Below, one piece after another: positions 20,064 to 27,017 of a DNA stretch of 64,000 nt. The stretch is from Planctomycetota bacterium. GTDB lineage: Bacteria; Planctomycetota; Phycisphaerae; Sedimentisphaerales; Anaerobacaceae. The position numbers were made by a program, and so were the translations under genes. The stretch is from positions 8,311 through 72,310 of the forward strand of contig JAGLSG010000064.1 in NCBI GenBank assembly GCA_023135865.1, read 5' to 3'. The notes beneath the pieces are model-generated. The model saw only the letters and a list, made by a program, of their open reading frames with translations, had not been told where the DNA came from and searched no databases. Positions within the stretch are counted from its first letter, which is position 1; each line of letters starts with the position of its first letter.

Positions 20064-21197
20064 TTAGGAACAACATAAATTTCCCAATAAGTTTTCTGCA
20101 ATTTGCAAAGCTGCATTTGTGTTTGCAATTGCTGCGTAATTTGTTTTCATTTGCTGCAATTGGTTTTGATTTTCCATAAGCGGATTTAATTTCAGCCAAA
20201 GAAACTCAGCACTATTAGCATCAATCGCCAAGTCATCAACTATCACCGCTGCGCCGGCCTCGACGAGTTTGGCTGCATTTAAGTATTGATGTTTATCTTT
20301 GTGATACGGATACGGAATACAAATAGCAGGCAAAACAGCTGCGGCATATTCGGCCACACTAACAGCTCCGCTTCGGCCAATAACCAGAGCAGCAGCGTTT
20401 AATAAATCCGGCATATTGTCATAATAATCCAGCAATTTATAATTGATTTCCGCATCAATATATTTCGCATTAACATTTTCAAAATCAGCTCGCCCCGTTA
20501 AATGAACGATTTGCCAATTGACGGCAAAGCCGTTTAATTTTTCCAGCAATGAACATATTATTTTGTTAACGTTCACAGCTCCACTTGATGCGCCGGTTAC
20601 GAGCAGTATTTTTTTATTTTTTTCAAGCTTTAATTGTTCAAATGCTTTATTGGCTTGCGGATTATCAAAACCGCTACGAAGTGGGCAGCCAAAAACATTA
20701 ACAGTAGCAGCATTTTTTACGAAATACTTTTTTGTATCTTCAAACTGCACAAAAATTTCGTTTGCCCAGCGACATATTATTTTATTGGCTCTTCCGGGAA
20801 CAATATCAACATTTATAGCTGCAATTGGAATTTTCATTTTCCTTGCAACGACACAAACGGGAACTGCTACAAATCCGCCAGTGCCAATTACAACTGATTT
20901 TTCGGCTTTGGAAATGATTTGTTTTGCAATTTTATAGCTTTTGAAAAATGATTTAACAAAACAAAAAAGCTTATTTGGTTTTATAGAAAATCGCAAAGCC
21001 GGCAAACAAGTATATTCAAAATCAGTTTGTTCGAGAATCTTGGAATCTATTTTACTGCTGCTAATAAAAAAATGAATTTTTGAATTCGGCTGTAATTCGA
21101 TGATTTTTTCAGCTACAGCTATTGCCGGATAAATATGGCCGCCAGTTCCACCGCCTGCAAAAAAAAATGTTTTATTACTAATAGTGTTCTGTCGCAT
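20064..21197 (-). CDS. murG: Undecaprenyldiphospho-muramoylpentapeptide beta-N-acetylglucosaminyltransferase
   Basis: FFAGGGTGGHIYPAIAVAE plus the C-terminal GT28 region (GRSGAVSVAEYAAA). I prefer ATG 21197 (MRQNTISNK...). The longest ORF (to 21323) reads through a palindromic repeat element. Confidence 0.88.
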   Translation of the reverse strand: MRQNTISNKTFFFAGGGTGGHIYPAIAVAEKIIELQPNSKIHFFISSSKIDSKILEQTDFEYTCLPALRFSIKPNKLFCFVKSFFKSYKIAKQIISKAEKSVVIGTGGFVAVPVCVVARKMKIPIAAINVDIVPGRANKIICRWANEIFVQFEDTKKYFVKNAATVNVFGCPLRSGFDNPQANKAFEQLKLEKNKKILLVTGASSGAVNVNKIICSLLEKLNGFAVNWQIVHLTGRADFENVNAKYIDAEINYKLLDYYDNMPDLLNAAALVIGRSGAVSVAEYAAAVLPAICIPYPYHKDKHQYLNAAKLVEAGAAVIVDDLAIDANSAEFLWLKLNPLMENQNQLQQMKTNYAAIANTNAALQIAENLLGNLCCS

Positions 21198-21212
21198 TTG
21201 AGTTGAGGAATT

Positions 21213-21279
21213 GTCATTCCGCACTTGATGCGGAATCCAGACTTTCGAGAAACTGGATTCCTGCTTTCGCAGGAATGAC
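21213..21279. repeat. GTCATT...AATGAC nested-palindrome element (family E), copy 1, between ftsW and murG
   Basis: GTCATTCCGCActtgaTGCGGAATcc...ggATTCCTGCtttcGCAGGAATGAC. It has two 8-bp hairpins plus complementary outer ends. Confidence 0.7.
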
Positions 21280-21322
21280 ACCCATCGATCAAGCTGCAAC
21301 AAAGCAATAGTGATGTTAGCCA

Positions 21323-22483
21323 TTATTGCTCATCCTCAATTTGCGTTTTGGGTGATTGACTCGCTATATTAATCAGCACGCCAACTGCAGCAGCGGTGAG
21401 AAGCAAACTTGTTCCGCCGGCACTTACAAACGGCAAAGGCACACCTTTTGTCGGCAGCATAGCTGTAGCTACGCCAATGTTAAGTGCGGCCTGGCCAACA
21501 ATTGACAAAACAATTCCAGCTGCGAGAAACTGGCCAAAACGGCTTTTGCATCGAACGATAACCATTATTCCGAGCAAAGCAAAAATGATAAACAAAACGA
21601 TGATTGCCGCTGCTCCAAAAAAACCAAGCTCTTCTGCAATTATGGAAAAAATAAAATCGGTTGTGTCTTCCGGCAAATGGCCGTATTTGCAAATTCCTCT
21701 GCCAAGCCCTTTTCCGAACAGGCCGCCTGAGCCAATCGCAATAAGAGATTGATTTGCCTGGTAGCCAGTTGAATCAGCCCATTTTTCAGGATTTAGAAAA
21801 GCTGCAATCCGCCGCATACGATTCGGCGAATGGATTAAAACCGCAGCAGCCGCAGCAAAACAAAACGGAAGCGGCGTTAAAACGTGCCAGAATTTTACGC
21901 CGGCAATTATCAACATTAGAAAACTCAAAAATAATATGAAAGCCGCTGTACCGAGATCTTCGGTAATTATTAATCCAGCCACAACAGCTACAACGCCGCA
22001 AATCGGCACAAATCTTTTCCAGTACAATTTTATGTCGCTGCCGATTCTATCGCAAATAGCAGCAAGAAAAAATATAACCGACCATTTGGCCAATTCTGAC
22101 GGCTGAAAACTAATCGTAATAGCTCCAATTGGAATCCGCAGCCATCGGCGAGCATAGTTTATTTCCGTACCAAATCGCGGAACAAGAACAATCGCAAGCA
22201 ATATTGCGCTCAAAGCCAAAATGTATGTGGTTGGTGATTTGAATAGGCCGGAATCCATACTGAATTTGCGGTAATTGAAACAGGAGGCAATATACATAAT
22301 CAGGCCAGCCAGCGGAAAAAACATCATTTGCCGCAAATGGGGAAATTCATAGAAACGGCTTAAATCGAATTCCTGCTCGACACTAACTCCAGCTGAAAAT
22401 ACAAAGACTACGCCGACAGCCATTAGGATAATGACCACCATAGCGATATTGCGAGCGAGCGAATTGTCTTTTATACTGTTCAC
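21323..22483 (-). CDS. ftsW: FtsW/RodA/SpoVE-family peptidoglycan glycosyltransferase
   Basis: 386 aa and about 10 TM. SHAPE-family motifs QPSELAKW, GLGRG...LPE..TDFIFS and GGTSLL. Confidence 0.9.
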   Translation of the reverse strand: MNSIKDNSLARNIAMVVIILMAVGVVFVFSAGVSVEQEFDLSRFYEFPHLRQMMFFPLAGLIMYIASCFNYRKFSMDSGLFKSPTTYILALSAILLAIVLVPRFGTEINYARRWLRIPIGAITISFQPSELAKWSVIFFLAAICDRIGSDIKLYWKRFVPICGVVAVVAGLIITEDLGTAAFILFLSFLMLIIAGVKFWHVLTPLPFCFAAAAAVLIHSPNRMRRIAAFLNPEKWADSTGYQANQSLIAIGSGGLFGKGLGRGICKYGHLPEDTTDFIFSIIAEELGFFGAAAIIVLFIIFALLGIMVIVRCKSRFGQFLAAGIVLSIVGQAALNIGVATAMLPTKGVPLPFVSAGGTSLLLTAAAVGVLINIASQSPKTQIEDEQ

Positions 22484-22559
22484 AATTGCATTTTCCCGTT
22501 TATTTTATCCGTTGAAAAGATTCATAATACGTGTATTTTCGGCTGACTGAAACAAATAA

Positions 22560-23190
22560 ATTTAGAATCCTTCGGCCACGCTCAGGACAGGTGTATGATT
22601 AAGAATTCAAAATTCAACTGGTTAGCCCTGCCATTACTATGGCGAGGTCATTTTCAATCAAAATCGTCAAAAAAATATTCGATTTGGGGAGTACAAAATC
22701 CGAAAATATGGCATTTTTCGGTTTTTTTTTATTCGATTTTTCGGCCAAACCTCATTTTTAGCCCAAAACCAAAGGGGGGCAAATCACCATGCGTAATTTA
22801 GATAAGATAAGTAAGAAAAAAACGGTCGAAAAGTGAGTGTTTTTTATCGTTTTTTGTCAATTTTGGTCAAAAATGAGCAGGAATTTACCGTTTTTCGTCA
22901 AAAATGAACCAGTTTTTTCATGACCTCTTTTTTTTGAATCAATCGTTTTGGAAAGTTTTTGGAACGGGAAATTAACCACGGATTTCACGGATTAACACGG
23001 ATTTCTAAGAATCTATTTTTGTTTAATCGCAGATTACACTGATTTCGCTGATTAAAAAGGCGGAATTTAACCACGAATTTTTCGTATTGTGTTCCTTCGA
23101 CTTCGCTACGCTCAGGACAGGCGTGCGTGATGTGTATTGCGTAATCGGTTAGCCCTGCCAGCACTTTGGCAGGGTTGAAAGTATTTGTTA
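22560..23190. repeat. Composite repeat block (left arm) flanking the orphan ATPase gene
   Basis: Modules in order: ACGCTCAGGACAGG + GGTTAGCCCTGCCA-N6-TGGC(A)GGG hairpin (22577-22647); T-rich 'tttttcg' tract; CACGGATT x3 (22974-23005); 41-nt core TTAATCGCAGATTACACTGATTTCGCTGATTAAAAAGGCGG (23023-23063); second ACGCTCAGGACAGG (23107-23123); hairpin GGTTAGCCCTGCCAgcacttTGGCAGGGTT (23147-23176). Confidence 0.75.
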
Positions 23191-23222
23191 CTGAATCTGT
23201 TTTTTATGACAAAAACGTGGTT

Positions 23223-25709
23223 TTAGTTTTTGTTGCTTAATGCTTTTGCAACAAATGAGCATGCTCCTGTAACAGGGCCTATAAAAGCCATCCCTATAAT
23301 TAAACTCAGATTAATCGGTATTTTCCAAACATACAGTAGATTAATGTTATGCCAAGTAGAATCTTTATTGGTTATCTCGGTCAAATTATCTCTAAATGTA
23401 AACGATAAGTCGGTAAATAAGCCGGTAAAAATTGCAACACTGATGTATAATAATAAAATAATAACAAAAGATTTGAAATATTCAATACAGCAAAAGTATC
23501 TTGCTCTCTTGAGAGCTGTCGCAAAATCCAAAACTTTACCTTTAATAAATATTGCTATAATAAAACTACAAAACACACCTATGCCTGCTGCAATTCCCAA
23601 AATTATAAGATCATCATAAAATTCATTATTGCCTACATCAACTATGAAAGATACCACTTTATCTATGTTTGCAATTGCTACGCTAATAATAGCAAAAAAT
23701 GGCACCATCAATAAAGTATTATTGATTAGGAGTTTTTTATACAATTTCCGTGAATCCGGCAAATCACAGTATTTTTCTGAAAAAACAGCCCTAAACATCA
23801 TCCATGCGAGACCTGCAAAGAAAGCCGCTACGACGAATGTTATTATAGTTCGGAGAATTTTTCCAGGAGTACCAGCTTCTGAAATCTCACCGGTGAAGAA
23901 TGCAGCTATAAATAAAGGAATAACAACAATAAAAAAAACGGTTACTGCAGGATGCCGAAAAAATCGGCCAGCTAAATTTTTACAGCACCCAAAATGTAGT
24001 TGCAAAACTGAAGTTGCGCGACTGTAATCATGTACTTCGACAAGTCGGTCAAAAGCGTTTTTTGTAAGTTCTTCAAAATCAGGAAATTTTTCATCCCCAA
24101 ACTTTTTCATATATTCTACTCTTACTGCCAAAAGTCTGTCAAAGCCGTTGCCAAATTTCATTTTCTTTTGTGTTTTTTCTAAAGACAAAATGCTTCTATC
24201 AAGGATTATTTTGCCTGTTTCGATTTTTATTTGTTTTTTTTGTTCCCCAAACCAGTCATTTCCTTCAAAATAACCACACAGCTTCTTAACGTAGTTGTCA
24301 ATTTCCCTCTCGATAGCTCCGCCATTTTTTGCTGCTCTGTAATTTTCCGTATTTGAATCGCAATATGACAGCAGATCACGTAAGACAGACAAAATTTTAT
24401 GCAGTCTGTCGCATTTTAAATAAATATCCCCAAGTTCTATCTCACTGTCATCCTGACGTTGTTCGTGCCAGTCTTCTACAAGACTTCCGAGAGTGTTTGT
24501 TATTTTTTTGACGTTTTCATAGTCGAGCTTAACGTAAGATTTGCAAATACCCTGTTCTATCCGTTCATACTTATCTGCAAGGGCGTTGATGTATTCTCTA
24601 ACATAATTTGTAAATGACTCAGAAAACAGCATTAACGCTCCTTCGTTTTTGTCATCATCTTTGAGTATTCCTCTGAGGTATAATGATTCTAATTCTTCGT
24701 GTATATCCATTTTTTCGCGATTTATTCCGTCTGTTCTTTGGGAAGTAATTAACCAGTCACGTTCTTTCTTTCCAAGCGATGACCACATCCGGTCAAATTC
24801 TTCATCTGCTTCGACACGATATTTTTTCGTCCATAAAACTTCTGGTTCATTGCCATTGGAAACCCAATCGAACAAATTTGCACAGGCTATTTTTAAGAAA
24901 TATGGATGTCTTCCGGCAATATCAATTGCCTCCCGACGTTGTTTTGCCGAAAAGTAATCTGCATCTTCGCCATGAAATTTTAAAGTTCCCACTATGAGTT
25001 GCTCGCATCCATTTTCCTGAAGGAGCCCCAAATACAACGGAGTGCTGAAATTATTATCAAATGGCGAACCGTCAGAGTCCGTCTCTCGAGATATTTGCGA
25101 CAACGGCTTTCTTGACGAAGTAACATATGCTAAAGCATAATTGTCTGAGATACCTCTTAGATAGTGTAAAAATTTTACATCTTCATGTGCGAGATTTCTG
25201 GCCAATAGCTCAAATTCATCGAAAAGAAAAACAAAACGGTATTTTTTTTCACAGGCATCCCGAAGCAAATTTTTCAGTATAATTTGTGGATGCCGTTGGT
25301 GTGCTTCTTTTTTATCAAGAGCTTTCGGATAATATTCGACAAATTCTGCAAGTTCAGGTTTTTCTGAAATAATTTCGTCAATAAGAATCCATGTAAATTC
25401 CTTTGAACTGCTGGTATTAATTTCTTCAGGGTCAATCATTATGCAGACAAACTTTTCCGGTTCAATTAACTTATCTTCGTATTCTTTCCAAACATCACAC
25501 TTTCTCTTTGAAAATATTTGATATATCCTGGTGAGTAGGGATGATTTGCCGGATCTCCGTTCGCCTATTACTGCTACGCTTTGTGGTTCTTTATAAGTAA
25601 TGTTTTTGATTATGTAATCTAACTCACGTTTTCTGCCGAAAAACTCTGCCGGTTCCGTAACTTTATTACGGTTCAAAAAAGGATTCATTTTTGTTTTAAC
25701 AGCTGGCAT
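23223..25709 (-). CDS. Orphan P-loop NTPase (Arch_ATPase/AAA_16, STAND-like) fused to a C-terminal 6-helix membrane domain
   Basis: 828 aa. FFGRKRELDYI...VIGERRSGKSSLL (Walker A, aa 49-57); YRFVFLFDEFE (Walker B, aa 157-167); PLYLGLL and GRHPYFLKIA (STAND/Arch_ATPase-like helical and wHTH signatures); helical region aa ~370-585. Six hydrophobic segments lie at about aa 588-606, 618-642, 660-682, 700-722, 745-765 and 797-822. RBS is GGGAGGaaattcaATG. Confidence 0.8.
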   Translation of the reverse strand: MPAVKTKMNPFLNRNKVTEPAEFFGRKRELDYIIKNITYKEPQSVAVIGERRSGKSSLLTRIYQIFSKRKCDVWKEYEDKLIEPEKFVCIMIDPEEINTSSSKEFTWILIDEIISEKPELAEFVEYYPKALDKKEAHQRHPQIILKNLLRDACEKKYRFVFLFDEFELLARNLAHEDVKFLHYLRGISDNYALAYVTSSRKPLSQISRETDSDGSPFDNNFSTPLYLGLLQENGCEQLIVGTLKFHGEDADYFSAKQRREAIDIAGRHPYFLKIACANLFDWVSNGNEPEVLWTKKYRVEADEEFDRMWSSLGKKERDWLITSQRTDGINREKMDIHEELESLYLRGILKDDDKNEGALMLFSESFTNYVREYINALADKYERIEQGICKSYVKLDYENVKKITNTLGSLVEDWHEQRQDDSEIELGDIYLKCDRLHKILSVLRDLLSYCDSNTENYRAAKNGGAIEREIDNYVKKLCGYFEGNDWFGEQKKQIKIETGKIILDRSILSLEKTQKKMKFGNGFDRLLAVRVEYMKKFGDEKFPDFEELTKNAFDRLVEVHDYSRATSVLQLHFGCCKNLAGRFFRHPAVTVFFIVVIPLFIAAFFTGEISEAGTPGKILRTIITFVVAAFFAGLAWMMFRAVFSEKYCDLPDSRKLYKKLLINNTLLMVPFFAIISVAIANIDKVVSFIVDVGNNEFYDDLIILGIAAGIGVFCSFIIAIFIKGKVLDFATALKRARYFCCIEYFKSFVIILLLYISVAIFTGLFTDLSFTFRDNLTEITNKDSTWHNINLLYVWKIPINLSLIIGMAFIGPVTGACSFVAKALSNKN

Positions 25710-25769
25710 TTGAATTTCCTCCCATGTATTGAAACGAGTCCTTAGAAATCTCTAATGTTTACGAAGCAA

Positions 25770-25799
25770 AGTATAATGGTGTTGTGGTTTAAATTGCAA
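25770..25799 (-). promoter_or_regulatory. Candidate promoter of the orphan ATPase gene (TTGCAA-N18-TATACT on the minus strand)
   Basis: -35 TTGCAA (25799-25794), an 18-nt spacer, and -10 TATACT (25775-25770), about 55 nt upstream of the ATG. Pattern match only. Confidence 0.4.
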
Positions 25800-25840
25800 C
25801 AAAAAAATGTTAGAATGTTTAGTGTCGGTCATCTGTTTTT

Positions 25841-26260
25841 CCTTAGCCCCTTCGCAAGAAATTAAGGGGTAATGAAAAAACATCGAAAATAAAACCCGAT
25901 AGAAAAGAACCCTGCCATAGTGATGGCAGGGCTAACCCGTCTTCGCTAAAGCTTCCGCCTTCGTTAAAACTTCGGCGAGACAAGACGACGCGACAGGCCA
26001 AAAACGCAATACGAAATACACATCATAAAATATCCCTCCTTGACAGGAGGGGCTCTGTTGGGAACTAAACACGAAAAAATCCGTGTAATCAGCGTAATCC
26101 GTGGTTAAATTTTTCTGCCTTTTTAATCAGCGAAATCAGCGTAATCTGCGATTAAAATGCAATCAAAAGCCCTGAAAATCAAAAAAATGACAGAAAAACA
26201 CCAAAAAACACCAAAAAATGATGAAAATCCGTAAAAATTTATAAAAAATCGCAAAAAATA
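25841..26260. repeat. Composite repeat block (right arm), inverted relative to the left arm
   Basis: Hairpin CCCCTTcgcaagaaattAAGGGG; AACCCTGCCAtagtgaTGGCAGGGCTAACC (25908-25937, reverse complement of the 23147-23176 hairpin); family-H copy 3 (25941-25984); CCCTCCttgacaGGAGGG (26034-26051); AATCCGTG repeats (26078-26103). The core at 26115-26155 is the reverse complement of 23023-23063 with 2 mismatches in 41. An A-rich tract follows to ~26260. Confidence 0.75.
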
Positions 26261-26271
26261 ATATTTAGTTG

Positions 26272-26301
26272 TTGCACATTCCCTTTTCTACTTCCTATAA
26301 T
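26272..26301 (+). promoter_or_regulatory. Candidate cspA promoter (TTGCAC-N18-TATAAT) with ~105-nt 5' UTR
   Basis: -35 at 26272-26277 and -10 at 26296-26301. The long leader is typical of cold-shock genes. Confidence 0.5.
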
Positions 26302-26412
26302 AACAATATTGAAATATGGGGTTGCTATTTGGTCTCTCAGTATCGCTCCCAATTAAAACTAATAGAGAGACACTAAGAACTGCTCTTTTAAGCAGAGTCA
26401 AGGAGAACACAA

Positions 26413-26616
26413 GTGAGTACAGGTACAGTAAAATGGTTCAACGCAAGTAAAGGTTATGGTTTTATTACTCCTGATGATGGTGGAGATGATCTCTTCGTAC
26501 ATCATTCAGAAATTAAGACCTCTGGCTACGCATCACTCGACGAAGGTCAAACTGTTGAGTTTGAAGTCGGCCAAGGCAAGAAAGGCCCATGTGCAACAAA
26601 CGTAATTCCCGGCTAA
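26413..26616 (+). CDS. cspA: Cold-shock protein (CspA family)
   Basis: [31 protein letters not shown] (RNP1/RNP2 motifs). GTG start with AAGGAGA 6 nt upstream. Confidence 0.95.
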   Translation: MSTGTVKWFNASKGYGFITPDDGGDDLFVHHSEIKTSGYASLDEGQTVEFEVGQGKKGPCATNVIPG

Positions 26617-26636
26617 ATTTATAGCGAGAATCAAAA

Positions 26637-26668
26637 TAAAAAGCCCTGCCAAAAGCAGGGCTTTTTTT
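26637..26668 (+). terminator. Rho-independent terminator of cspA
   Basis: GCCCTGC-caaaa-GCAGGGC stem (26643-26649 / 26655-26661) preceded by an A-run and followed by T7. Confidence 0.85.
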
Positions 26669-26755
26669 ATGGGTACAATTAACGCAAAAAAACATAAAAA
26701 TAAACCCATATGTAAATACACTTTAATGCCAATACTGATTAGTTGTTGCGACCTG

Positions 26756-26880
26756 GTCATTTCGACCGGAGAGCTACAAAGCAGCTTGAAGCGGAGAAAT
26801 CTATTAAAAAACAGATTTCCCTTCGTGGCTCTCTGCTTCCGCTTCGTGTCTCAACTACGCTCCACTTCGCTCGAAATGAC
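26756..26880. repeat. GTCATT...AATGAC nested-palindrome element (family E), copy 2
   Basis: The outer 10-bp inverted repeat is GTCATTTCGA...TCGAAATGAC. Inner imperfect palindromes include GAAGCGGAGAAATCT...AGATTTCCCTTC and others. Confidence 0.7.
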
Positions 26881-26932
26881 ACTTTTGCAAAACACAGTAA
26901 TTATTCTTAATTGGCATAACCGGCATTTAACC

Positions 26933-26961
26933 TTGACAGAATAAAGCCATAAAGGTAAATT
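26933..26961 (+). promoter_or_regulatory. Candidate thrS promoter (TTGACA-N17-TAAATT)
   Basis: -35 at 26933-26938 and -10 at 26956-26961. Pattern match only. Confidence 0.4.
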
Positions 26962-27017
26962 CACTGAAAGACAGTCAGTAAAATAAACATTTGATTAAGG
27001 CGATAACGGACAAACTT

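Noticed and set aside
22595-22801. 68-aa ORF in the ftsW-ATPase spacer
   Set aside because: It is composed of repeat modules and homopolymer-rich sequence and has no RBS. It is most likely an artefact of the repeat block.
22650-23100. Possible CRISPR array (many short recurring motifs such as CACGGATT, AATCAGCG, tttttcg); also considered for 26060-26260
   Set aside because: There is no regular repeat-spacer periodicity. The repeats are 8-10 nt rather than 24-40 nt. No cas genes are in the window. The two blocks are inverted copies of each other, not arrays.
26669-27017. T-box or other leader riboswitch upstream of thrS
   Set aside because: The structured part of this spacer is a copy of the GTCATT...AATGAC palindromic repeat family found elsewhere in the window. 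No T-box consensus (AGAGA/GNUGGNA-type) is apparent.
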